IMG/VR virus record: IMGVR_UViG_3300023179_000011
Coordinates: 32,001-96,000 of that record
Reading direction: 5' to 3' (one strand)
Origin: a virus
DNA length: 64,000 nt
Part shown: in pieces, positions 34,486 to 43,179 of the stretch
Layout: each line of letters begins with the position of its first letter
How positions within the stretch are numbered: position 1 is the first letter of the stretch
The notes under the pieces: generated by a model
What the model was told of the DNA's origin: nothing
The model's database searches: none
The model's input: the letters and a program-made list of their open reading frames with translations, nothing else
Translations under genes and position numbers: made by a program

Positions 34486-34675
34486 CGTTTAGTATACCCA
34501 AGCGCGCACCGATCACTTGCGAGTTGTTTCTTTGACCGCCGCCGCAGCAACTTGACACATGTAACCAAGCACATTTGCCAGTCCCGCGAGGCCGTAAACG
34601 AAAACATGCCCCGTATATTTGAGGCTGTCTTCGACCCATTGAAACTCTGACTCGCTACCGCTGTTATTGTGGTTC

Positions 34676-36592
34676 ATGGATAAACCTGATCAAACAATTA
34701 TTGAAGCAATTGACATGCCTTCCACGGGCGTGCAAGCACTTCTACAAGAATTAATCTCTATCGACGTGACGGATGTGCAGTCTGTTCACGCGCGCGCTGC
34801 AGTTTTGCAGCAGCTCGCGGGGCAGCACGCGTTTCCATCACTCGAACCTATTTTGCCGTTGGTTCTGAATCTAAATGGACGCCCGTACAGTATTCAGAAC
34901 CATATGCCTTTTTCCCCACTTTTTCGGCTGCTGACGCCGAAAAATCAGGTGTGGTGTACGGGACGTCAGGTATCAAAATCGACCAGCCTAGCAGCGCACG
35001 GAGTTGTTGTTGCCAACTCTATCCCGTTTTTCAAAACGTTATTCATTACACCGCTATACGAACAGATACGGCGGTTTTCAAATAATTACGTTCGTCCGTT
35101 TATCGATCAGTCCCCTGTGAAGTCGCAATGGAGCGGCACGACTACCGAGAATTCAGTTCTGCAAAGATCTTTTAAGAACAACTCAATGATGTTGTTCAGC
35201 TTTGCGCTTTTGGATGCGGATCGTGTGCGTGGTGTTTCTGCAGACCGCGTGTGTATTGACGAAGTTCAGGATATGGATCCCGATCACGTGCCAATCATTC
35301 AAGAAACGATGTCTTACTCCAGATGGGCGACTAGTTATTACACAGGAACTCCGAAGACCCTTGATAACTTAATTTACGGATTGTATAAACGATCATCACA
35401 GGCCGAATGGTTTATACCTTGTCACTCTTGCAAGCATTGGAGCATTCCAGCGCTTGAGTATGACTTAGATAAAATGATCGGCCCATACAGCGTTCATATC
35501 AGCGAGAAGTATCCCGGCACCGTCTGCGCTAAATGTCAGAAACCGATCAGCCCAAGGCATGGTCGGTGGGTGCATAGATATCCCGAACGCCGCTGGCAAT
35601 TTGCCGGGTATCACGTACCACAGATGATACTGCCGCTTCATTTCTCTGACCCTGAAAAGTGGTCAACTCTATTGTTGAAGAGAGAGGGTTTTGGGAATAT
35701 GACCCAAGCCCAGTTCTACAACGAAGTAATGGGAGAAAGCGTCGATACCGGTCAGAAGCTCATCAGCGAAACTGATTTGAAGGCTGCGTGCGTGCTAGAC
35801 TGGGAAAACAAGAAAGAACCAGACCCTAAATGCTTTACAAATCTCTCGCAATACAAACATCGCATTCTCGCGATCGACTGGGGCGGCGGCGGAGAAGCAG
35901 GTATTAGTTTCACCGTGCTTGCTGTGCTGGGGTTCCGCCCGGATGGGACTATCGACACGCTGTGGGCCAAGCGCCTGCTTATCGGCGGCGATCATTTGGC
36001 CGAAGCTGTTGAATGTATGCGCTGGTCTAACTTGTTTAATTGCGATTTTGTCGCTCACGATTACACCGGTGCCGGCACGGTCCGCGAAACAGTCATGGTG
36101 CAGGCAGGGTTTAACCTAGAGCGAGTCATGGCCATGCGGCTTGTTCGTTCCGCATCCCAAGATTTGATGGTCTTCAAACCACCTACAGAAATCAATCATC
36201 GAGCGCACTATAGCCTCGACAAAACGCGGTCGTTGCTGTACACGTGTCAGGCGATCAAACTGAAGCAAGTCCGTTTCTTCCAGTATGACTGGTCGTCGCA
36301 GGACTCGCCGGGCTTGGTGTCGGACTTTCTTGCGTTGGTTGAAAATAAAGCCGAGTCTAGACTAGGCGGCGATATTTATACCATTACAAGGAACACGTTG
36401 TTGACTGACGACTTCGCGCAAGCTGTTAACCTAGGCTGCGCCGCTCTTTGGCACGTGAATAACGCGTGGCCCAATTTCGCGGAGATCGCTGGCGTAGCGC
36501 GGTTAAGCGAGCGTACTGTCAAGGCAGAGACGCCCGTAGATGACGACTGGGCGGATGACCCCATCGGACGAAACTATTTCGGCGGATACTAG
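34676..36592 (+). CDS. terL: Terminase large subunit (GpA-like)
   Basis: Walker A GRQVSKST, Walker B VCIDEVQD, TGTPKT coupling motif, CHSC/CAKC zinc sites, and nuclease LAIDWGGG...DDFAQA. Confidence 0.88.
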   Translation: MDKPDQTIIEAIDMPSTGVQALLQELISIDVTDVQSVHARAAVLQQLAGQHAFPSLEPILPLVLNLNGRPYSIQNHMPFSPLFRLLTPKNQVWCTGRQVSKSTSLAAHGVVVANSIPFFKTLFITPLYEQIRRFSNNYVRPFIDQSPVKSQWSGTTTENSVLQRSFKNNSMMLFSFALLDADRVRGVSADRVCIDEVQDMDPDHVPIIQETMSYSRWATSYYTGTPKTLDNLIYGLYKRSSQAEWFIPCHSCKHWSIPALEYDLDKMIGPYSVHISEKYPGTVCAKCQKPISPRHGRWVHRYPERRWQFAGYHVPQMILPLHFSDPEKWSTLLLKREGFGNMTQAQFYNEVMGESVDTGQKLISETDLKAACVLDWENKKEPDPKCFTNLSQYKHRILAIDWGGGGEAGISFTVLAVLGFRPDGTIDTLWAKRLLIGGDHLAEAVECMRWSNLFNCDFVAHDYTGAGTVRETVMVQAGFNLERVMAMRLVRSASQDLMVFKPPTEINHRAHYSLDKTRSLLYTCQAIKLKQVRFFQYDWSSQDSPGLVSDFLALVENKAESRLGGDIYTITRNTLLTDDFAQAVNLGCAALWHVNNAWPNFAEIAGVARLSERTVKAETPVDDDWADDPIGRNYFGGY

Positions 36593-36939
36593 AAAATCCG
36601 CCAGCAATAGTCTTCGATAAATTTTTTCATCGGACGGTGGTCACGAATCTTTGCGTTCTCGATAACGTCGATTACTTCGCGCGCCGCGTCAGCCAGCGCC
36701 GCCGCAGCTTCCGTACAATCCATAGACGAGTCGTATAGGTCCCAACCGGCGCCCGACCGGGGTATTGCCGGTTCTTTGCCTTCAAACGCGTCAGCAATCA
36801 GTCGCTGAAACACGCCGTCCGGTTCAGTGTCGAGCGCGCCGAACTGCCGGTACTTTGTCTGAGTGTGCTCAAATCGCCGAATCGCTTCTTGAAGTTTCTC
36901 CACCGTCAGCGTCATTGGAGTCATTAATAGAGTTGACAA
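36589..36939 (-). CDS. Hypothetical protein
   Basis: 116-aa ORF convergent with terL. Confidence 0.65.
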   Translation of the reverse strand: MSTLLMTPMTLTVEKLQEAIRRFEHTQTKYRQFGALDTEPDGVFQRLIADAFEGKEPAIPRSGAGWDLYDSSMDCTEAAAALADAAREVIDVIENAKIRDHRPMKKFIEDYCWRIF

Positions 36940-37357
36940 GCTCCATTCCCTTTTCGGTTATTGAGAAGTTGAAATCGTTTTTCTCGCAGTCGTACTCGGC
37001 GTCGAGAAAACCGCGCTGCACACCGACGCGCATGACGTTCGATATGACGCGCGCACCAAGCGCACGAAATAGTCGAAGCATTTTTGTCTTGTACTCTTCG
37101 AACGAGTTGGCGCCGATACCGTACGCGCCGTCGGCTTGCACGTCCGACAGCTCGCGCACGATTTGTTCGACTTCCCAGACTTCCAAAAACTGTCGCTGGT
37201 ACTCAAGCGAACATTCACTTTCGGTCGGCTCTTCGTTCTGCAGCTTGGCTATAAAACCGGCGAACATGATTAAAACGTGATCGCGCAGATCTTCGATCGA
37301 CCCGCAAATACGCCGCGCGGGTTGTTCTTCGTTTTCGTCTTCGTAGTCTTCGAACAT
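36869..37357 (-). CDS. Hypothetical protein
   Basis: Start MFEDYE after GAGG. Confidence 0.65.
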   Translation of the reverse strand: MFEDYEDENEEQPARRICGSIEDLRDHVLIMFAGFIAKLQNEEPTESECSLEYQRQFLEVWEVEQIVRELSDVQADGAYGIGANSFEEYKTKMLRLFRALGARVISNVMRVGVQRGFLDAEYDCEKNDFNFSITEKGMELVNSINDSNDADGGETSRSDSAI

Positions 37358-37364
37358 GACTACC

Positions 37365-37679
37365 TCAAGCCGTCTCTGCGGCCAGACGAGCGGTAGCGAG
37401 CGCGGCGTCGTAATTGCCGCGCGCAATCATACGCGCGTGAGCAGCGTCGCGGCACTGCCCTAGATAATCGGAGTAGTCGGAATCAGTGTTGACGAGCGCT
37501 TCCGCCGAGCTGAAGCTGTGCGGCTTGCCCGTGAGCGGATTGTCGCCGCTCTTCATGATTCGCTCGACCGCCGCCATCTTGACGGAAATCCTGTTGTCCT
37601 CAAGCTCCGACTCGCGGCGCACAGCGTCAGCGAGGGCCGCCGCTGCGGCGATAATGTTATCAGCAAAGTTCTTAGCCAT
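37365..37679 (-). CDS. Hypothetical protein
   Basis: 104-aa ORF after AAGGA. Confidence 0.7.
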   Translation of the reverse strand: MAKNFADNIIAAAAALADAVRRESELEDNRISVKMAAVERIMKSGDNPLTGKPHSFSSAEALVNTDSDYSDYLGQCRDAAHARMIARGNYDAALATARLAAETA

Positions 37680-37695
37680 GATAATTCCTTACGTG

Positions 37696-38118
37696 TTAAA
37701 GAGTATGCCTTCTACGAAAACCGTGATCTAATTCCATTTGCCGCGCATCAACTGGCTCGGCGTCTGGGTGTTTTTCTTTGACGTGCATGCTCAGCGCTAC
37801 CGCTGAACGAAATTTTGTTTTGCACGTGTCGCAGCTAAACGGCTTTTCACCAAGATTAGCTGCGGCTACTTTTTCTGCTTTTTTGTACGAGCAACCTGTG
37901 CGGCGTTTGTAGCTTTCTTCAATTTCCATTAACCCGCCACCGCAAGCGTTGCATCGCGGCGCCGCGGCGCGCTGCGTTTCAAGAAATCCAACATAGTTGA
38001 GCTTGTTGCACGAGATGCAGCGCATGCTGATTAGATTGTGCCCCGTGAGAAGCACGCTGCGCTTGCCGTCGCCGGCCGCGCTTTTTCCACCGAAATCGTT
38101 TATTCGTTTTCGGGCCAT
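37696..38118 (-). CDS. Zinc-ribbon plus C2H2 zinc-finger protein
   Basis: CISC...CNACGG and FSCDTCKTKFRSAVALSMHVKEKH. Confidence 0.7.
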   Translation of the reverse strand: MARKRINDFGGKSAAGDGKRSVLLTGHNLISMRCISCNKLNYVGFLETQRAAAPRCNACGGGLMEIEESYKRRTGCSYKKAEKVAAANLGEKPFSCDTCKTKFRSAVALSMHVKEKHPDAEPVDARQMELDHGFRRRHTL

Positions 38119-38357
38119 TGTTGGCGTTCTTGCCTCGTAGGAATCCTTTTAGGGTACTTCTCGGGATGACAGACCTGACAGCGCGCGCGAGTGCATCCGC
38201 CGCAGCGCAAAGCTTTACGATAGTGGCCGTCATCAATAACGTGCGCCGGTTTGCCGTCTTGCAGGCTTTGCCGCCACGCATCCATACCGGCGTTAATCTG
38301 TTTACGCTGTTTGATTCGGCGTTCGATGATATGTTTTTCAGCGTGGTAACGTTTCAT
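38100..38357 (-). CDS. Hypothetical Cys-containing protein
   Basis: CGGCTRARCQVCH motif. Confidence 0.65.
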   Translation of the reverse strand: MKRYHAEKHIIERRIKQRKQINAGMDAWRQSLQDGKPAHVIDDGHYRKALRCGGCTRARCQVCHPEKYPKRIPTRQERQQWPENE

Positions 38358-38360
38358 GTT

Positions 38361-38837
38361 TTACCTGCCGTCTGTTTCGCAATAGATTACAAATGTGCAG
38401 CCGCACTGTTGCGCAAGTTTTACGACGTTTGGCGCGTACACAGAGACGATTTTTGTTTTGTCTATTTTGTTATCAGCGATTAACGCCAAAAGACCCAGCT
38501 TTGCAATTCCGCGTCGCCGGTATTCGGGGTCTACAAAACACTCGACTGTTTGTACAACTGTCGGGCGGCCTTTGAAATTTTCGGTCCACGGGCGCGTTCC
38601 AACCCAGCCGGCTAGTGTTTCGTCTACCCAGATAAGCGCAAGCGCCATTTCTGGATGCGGCTGCGCGTGATTGACGTGCAGATAACGCTTAGCGAGTTCT
38701 TTTTGAATTGAGCTGTCGCTGCCAGAATCGGGCCACGACAATCTTGTCATGATTGCCGTCACATCGACCAGACCCAGCCGGTTGATGTCTTTGATTTTGA
38801 TAACAAATTCCATGGCAGGTCCTCCGTGACCAACCAT
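38361..38837 (-). CDS. GNAT-family acetyltransferase
   Basis: Motif A VECFVDPEYRRRGIAK. Confidence 0.7.
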   Translation of the reverse strand: MVGHGGPAMEFVIKIKDINRLGLVDVTAIMTRLSWPDSGSDSSIQKELAKRYLHVNHAQPHPEMALALIWVDETLAGWVGTRPWTENFKGRPTVVQTVECFVDPEYRRRGIAKLGLLALIADNKIDKTKIVSVYAPNVVKLAQQCGCTFVIYCETDGR

Positions 38838-38851
38838 GGAGTATACATTAG

Positions 38852-39055
38852 CGCGGTAGGCGGGAGTCGAACCCGCTGCAGTAGATTTTCGGCCCGTCCG
38901 TCATTTCGGCAATTAAGTATGCGCACTTTTGCACACCGGAGATCAGTCCGGCGGTAAATCACTCGCTCGCATACACCGGCTTCGTCCGCTCAGGTGATCA
39001 ACCCATATCCGTCTACTGCATCAAGCGTTAAGCGCGCGCCCCGCGCATCTACCGC
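38852..39055 (-). ncRNA. tRNA-shaped ncRNA (~204 nt) with a large insertion at the anticodon-arm position
   Basis: Acceptor GCGGTAG/CTACCGC, T arm GCGGG-TTCGACT-CCCGC, 9-bp helix TGCAGTAGA/TCTACTGCA enclosing about 125 nt; starts 4 nt after tRNA-Thr. Confidence 0.7.
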
Positions 39056-39059
39056 AAAG

Positions 39060-39130
39060 AGCCCCCAGAAGGAATCAAACCCTCATCGGCTGATTACAAA
39101 TCAGCTGCATTATCATTATGCTATGGGGGC
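39060..39130 (-). tRNA. tRNA-Thr (anticodon TGT), CCA not encoded
   Basis: GCCCCCA/TGGGGGC acceptor, GCAT/ATGC D stem, GCTGA-TTTGTAA-TCAGC anticodon arm, GAGGG-TTTGATT-CCTTC T arm. Confidence 0.88.
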
Positions 39131-39586
39131 AGTTATTAAACCCGCGGGCCAGTAGTATGGCAAATCGATTGGCTCCCGCCAACCGAACCGCGAATAGTGG
39201 CGAAAGTCTTTGCGCAATAAGTTGCTGCGATGACTGGCGTGAAACCGTGCGTCGCCAAACCAATGTGGGTAGCGATTGTGCTCTGTTTCGGGGCGGAGTT
39301 TGTGATAAACATCCATAAACTGCGCGAGAAGAGTGTCTTTAAAGCCGCGACGGCGCCACTCACGGCAGATCACAATTGCATAAACAGCGAGTTGTAATTC
39401 ATATCCCGCCCACATGCGGACTGCAGGATGATTGCGCCATCCGCGTTTGCCGGGTGTATGCTCACCTACTGAGACGCCTAAACATAGAAGCGTTTGTTTG
39501 CATTCAAGTCGTTGTTTTCCGGTTCTTCTATTATCAAGCACAGCCGCCGACGCGCGAAAACTCGGTAACGGCAAAAACGTGTTCAA
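39116..39586 (-). CDS. MSMEG_6728-like / pyrimidine-dimer DNA glycosylase family protein
   Basis: TTG start: NTFLP...LDNRRTGKQRLE...NHPAVRMWAGY...HASHRSNLLRKD. Confidence 0.75.
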   Translation of the reverse strand: MNTFLPLPSFRASAAVLDNRRTGKQRLECKQTLLCLGVSVGEHTPGKRGWRNHPAVRMWAGYELQLAVYAIVICREWRRRGFKDTLLAQFMDVYHKLRPETEHNRYPHWFGDARFHASHRSNLLRKDFRHYSRFGWREPIDLPYYWPAGLITAPIA

Positions 39587-40236
39587 GTATTTTCTTTCTT
39601 TTTGTGCTCGTGTGGTATTTTGAGTCCGTGCGCTGCGATAAATGTTTCTAACTCTTTTATGCGCGCGACTAAATTGCGCCAGCATTTCATACGTAATAAA
39701 TTCTCACACTGCGTTACAATTTGCAGGTGGTCTGGATTAACGCAACGCGGGTTTCTACATACGTGATCTAGTTGTACGCCGGGCGGTAGCGGTCCGTTGA
39801 CGCGCGCCCACGAATAACGGTGCGCCATGTGTTTTTTTCCGCGCCACCAAAACTGCCCGTATCCTGCTTTTTTCTTTGCGCCACGACCAGAGCCGCGACC
39901 GTTTTTTATGAAATTCCAGCAACCGGTGTTTTGGTCAACGGCAAACGAGCGCAACCAGCGTTCGTCTTCTGTCTCGTCGTTAATAATTATTGATAAAAAT
40001 CCGCGACGATTATTTTGCGCCCAGTGAGTACTGCACAGATTTTTTGCGATCGGTTTTCGCGCGCAACCGGGAAATACACATGTCGTACCGTTTGCTCCTA
40101 GAGTAGCAATTTTTTTAAGCGGTACGCCGGCACGAAACTGATCGTAGTGGCGCTGACAAAGATTTGCGGCTTTTACTTTTCGCCCGCAGTCTGAAAACGA
40201 GCAAATTCGTTCTGTTATTTTTACGTTATTCGTCAT
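39583..40236 (-). CDS. Free-standing HNH endonuclease with two N-terminal zinc-finger repeats
   Basis: CSFSDC..LCQRHY, CVFPGC..LCSTHW, GCWNF...GYGQF...AHRYSW...LDHVCRNPRCVNPDHL; true start MTNNVK at 40236. Confidence 0.88.
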   Translation of the reverse strand: MTNNVKITERICSFSDCGRKVKAANLCQRHYDQFRAGVPLKKIATLGANGTTCVFPGCARKPIAKNLCSTHWAQNNRRGFLSIIINDETEDERWLRSFAVDQNTGCWNFIKNGRGSGRGAKKKAGYGQFWWRGKKHMAHRYSWARVNGPLPPGVQLDHVCRNPRCVNPDHLQIVTQCENLLRMKCWRNLVARIKELETFIAAHGLKIPHEHKKKENT

Positions 40237-40600
40237 CGTTGTCGTCGAAATCTTCTTCGTATTCGGGGTCGTCATCCTCTTCGTCCTCGTATTCTTCGTC
40301 CCAGTCTTCGTCGTCGTCACCCCATTCTTCGTCCTCGTCTTCCTCGTCGTCTTCTTCGTCATCGTCGTCCGTGAAAACGTAGTTTGGTTTTGAAAAATCG
40401 CTATCTTTGTCTTCGTCGTCGTTTTCTTCATCGTTTACGAACTGCCACTCTTCTTCAATAAAATCATCGTCTAATCCGTCGTCGTGGCGTGCGGCTTTCT
40501 CATCTCTGTGTCGACGAAACGAAGCAGGCTCAAAGTAGCGCATAGTTATCCAGTTTCCCGGGCAAGATTGGCGGCTGGTAATAAATATTGATCGCACCAA
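40226..40600 (-). CDS. Protein with very acidic C-terminal tail
   Basis: The last ~60 residues are mostly D/E; start uncertain. Confidence 0.6.
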   Translation of the reverse strand: MVRSIFITSRQSCPGNWITMRYFEPASFRRHRDEKAARHDDGLDDDFIEEEWQFVNDEENDDEDKDSDFSKPNYVFTDDDDEEDDEEDEDEEWGDDDEDWDEEYEDEEDDDPEYEEDFDDNDDE

Positions 40601-43179
40601 CTACTGTCAACAAGAATGCCCGGGAGATTGCGTACAGCCTCTTCTCCGGCGAGAACTCCACGTTGCGCCAATAGTTTAACAAGCCACGACCAATTTGGGG
40701 CTATGGCTTTTCTATCATAAAAATAGCGATCAATTGCCCGCTGGTTCAACCACCAGTGCGTTTTTTTACGCACTATGTAATTTCCGGGCTGCCCGATATT
40801 TCGGGCCCGCGGCAAAACCGACAGATCGCCGTTTTGAATGGCTGCTGTTAACGCCGTAAAAAACGCTGTATCAGCCGAGTTTTGCGTAATTAGATGGTTG
40901 TTTGCGTATTCAAGTTGGAACGCGTTTCCGTATGTTTCTGTCAACCATGCGTGCATATCTGCCAGCACGGCTATGGTAGTTATCGGGTGCGTGAGGCTGA
41001 CGCGCATACGCTGCCGGAGCGTGCGCTGGATGTACGCTGGCAGTATGTAAGTAAGCGGCGCAAAATCTGTCGCCGGGCTCGCCGTCCCATTGACTATTTG
41101 CCAGCCGTATGTCGGCGCGACGCTGGCCGTCTGCGGTGACAAGTGCGCAAGTATAGGCCGATTATGGCAGCGCGGAACTATTGGGCTTAGACTGGTGGCG
41201 TCGAATACGCTAGCAATTGTTGTTGGCCAGTCTAGCGCCGTTGTGCGGTCATACACGGCGGCGCACGCATTTGATCGTCGCAAAATATCAATACGCTGAT
41301 GTGCGCAACCAAGCGTTTCAGCGATTTTGATTGCGGTTAAAAAACTGTCGTCGGTAAGCCCGGTCGCCGCTGAGTCGCGCCGCAAAATTGGGGCAATCAG
41401 GTCTGCTGTAATTACCGCGACAACCGTCCATATAAATGCGTTCTCGGGGCTTGGTGTTAGAAACTGCCTTATCGCGGGCGGCGCAACAGCCACGGGTTCT
41501 GGGAAAACTACGTGTTTGTTTTTTTCGCTGGGTTGTGCGGGGGCTGACGGCGTACCATCTACCGCCAACTCGTAGTTTGCGAAACGAAATGCGTTTGCGC
41601 GGTCGTCCCACCCGAGACAATTAGATACGCATACAAGTTCTGGTTTGCTTAGCGCTATCGCTATCAGGTGACTGCGGCTGTTCCAACGACTGTCGTACAG
41701 CATTACTTTTTTATGCGCGGCAACAACGCCAGCTGTGTACGCCAATAATCCCGCGCGTTCTATTTTAACGGCATTATCCGCAAATGGTATTTCTTCGCCG
41801 TTAAGGTAGATGACGCCGGTATAAGTTTTCTCGCCGTCGTCGGCTTGCATAATTTTGCTAATGACAATGTTTGCGTCACAAATGTGATGATTTGTAACAC
41901 TCCACCAACCGTCAGCTTTTGGAACGACAGTTCGCTGCCACGGTTGTTGCACCGTCGGCGTAATATTTTTCGACGTCTTGACGTGCGTCAACACGCGGTC
42001 AGAAAAACCCGGCGAAAAATTATCGCCGATTTTATTTAGAAACGGTACAAGTTTATCGGTCGAAATTGTGAGCCGTGTTGCAAATGAGTGCGCCGCTATT
42101 TCGTTCATTTGACCAAGCGTGCTGGTTAAACGCGTCTGCCACGTCTCGGCGTTTTTGCGCAGCGACACGAGGCGGCTCATTGCGTTTGTCGCAAGTCTTT
42201 TTTGCAGGCGCTGGTTTTGTGCGGCTACCGTTACGTAGCCCCGTGCATTTGCCGCGCGGCTAATCAATTCAGGCGACACCACGTGACTTTGAAAAATACG
42301 AGGCACCGGAGTAAACGCGCACCAACTCCCGCCCCAGCTGTTTGCCTCAACGCCTGTATAGCTCGCCATGAGCGGCAAAAGAGACAGCCCGCGGCGCAGC
42401 ATCTCGCACTGCAAGCTCAAAGCCCACATAGGGTCATCGACAATAAATTGCGTGCTTTTTAGCAGCTCTCCTGCCGGCAAAAGCGCGGTGCGTAATAAAA
42501 AGTATCCTGCTTCTGGCCTGTTTCTTTTGTACTGGCTGACGGCGATAAAATTTTGTTTTGCCGTAAACTGTTCGTCGTATTGCGCTATTAAAAACCCGGT
42601 TAACCTACCGGGAAGATCGTAGTACGGGAATACAAGGCTGGCGCCGTTATCGCGTATAGGGTTTATCAATGGCCGGCGGACAAATCGTTGTAGCGTGTCT
42701 AGCTGTTCTTTGTACGCCACGCCGACTAGCCCAGCCGCGTTTATTTCTGGATATACGCCAAGTTCCCGCAGGCGACAGGCAATGATATCATCGTGGTGCC
42801 CCCAAATCTGCGCCTCAGCGTCAAACCAGAACTGCTCAAATTTTTCGACGCGTTCGACGGTCCGGGCGTATTCATTAACCGCGTTATCTTTTTCGGCGGC
42901 ATTTATGGCGTTTAATTCGATAAACCGGGCGATCGCCACATCCGGGCTTGTATTCCATAATGCCGCGCCAAACGTTATGATATCTCCATGGGCTAAGCAC
43001 GCATTACAGTGCAGCCAGATACCGTTAGTACTTGCGTCGTCGAACAGGTGTAGCGTATTTTTTTGACACAGCGGACAACCGACGACGGCTGGAAAAACCA
43101 ACTGGTCAGGTGCAATGCCCAACGCCGACAGGGCAATCGCGTGGTGTTGGCGGCTAATTAAACAGGTAGGAAATCCCAT
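40546..43179 (-). CDS. DnaG-like primase-related protein (zinc-binding domain, degenerate TOPRIM)
   Basis: CPLCQK...WLHCNAC...GDIITF zinc domain; LVFPYYDLPGRLTGF resembles the DnaG catalytic core; a later CLGWDD..F segment is DUF927-like. Confidence 0.55.
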   Translation of the reverse strand: MGFPTCLISRQHHAIALSALGIAPDQLVFPAVVGCPLCQKNTLHLFDDASTNGIWLHCNACLAHGDIITFGAALWNTSPDVAIARFIELNAINAAEKDNAVNEYARTVERVEKFEQFWFDAEAQIWGHHDDIIACRLRELGVYPEINAAGLVGVAYKEQLDTLQRFVRRPLINPIRDNGASLVFPYYDLPGRLTGFLIAQYDEQFTAKQNFIAVSQYKRNRPEAGYFLLRTALLPAGELLKSTQFIVDDPMWALSLQCEMLRRGLSLLPLMASYTGVEANSWGGSWCAFTPVPRIFQSHVVSPELISRAANARGYVTVAAQNQRLQKRLATNAMSRLVSLRKNAETWQTRLTSTLGQMNEIAAHSFATRLTISTDKLVPFLNKIGDNFSPGFSDRVLTHVKTSKNITPTVQQPWQRTVVPKADGWWSVTNHHICDANIVISKIMQADDGEKTYTGVIYLNGEEIPFADNAVKIERAGLLAYTAGVVAAHKKVMLYDSRWNSRSHLIAIALSKPELVCVSNCLGWDDRANAFRFANYELAVDGTPSAPAQPSEKNKHVVFPEPVAVAPPAIRQFLTPSPENAFIWTVVAVITADLIAPILRRDSAATGLTDDSFLTAIKIAETLGCAHQRIDILRRSNACAAVYDRTTALDWPTTIASVFDATSLSPIVPRCHNRPILAHLSPQTASVAPTYGWQIVNGTASPATDFAPLTYILPAYIQRTLRQRMRVSLTHPITTIAVLADMHAWLTETYGNAFQLEYANNHLITQNSADTAFFTALTAAIQNGDLSVLPRARNIGQPGNYIVRKKTHWWLNQRAIDRYFYDRKAIAPNWSWLVKLLAQRGVLAGEEAVRNLPGILVDSSWCDQYLLPAANLARETG

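Noticed and set aside
34448-34639. 63-aa minus-strand ORF upstream of terL
   Set aside because: No motif or clear SD, and it occupies the likely divergent promoter region; not supported enough to call.
38852-39055. Canonical tmRNA, tRNA-Sec or intron-containing tRNA
   Set aside because: No G3-U70 pair, no stop-terminated tag frame and too short for tmRNA; arm geometry does not fit tRNA-Sec; the insert lacks group I P7 elements and is too short.
40237-40431. K/T-rich N-terminal extension of the 282-aa ORF
   Set aside because: It is an alternative-frame shadow of the D/E-rich gene 40226..40600.
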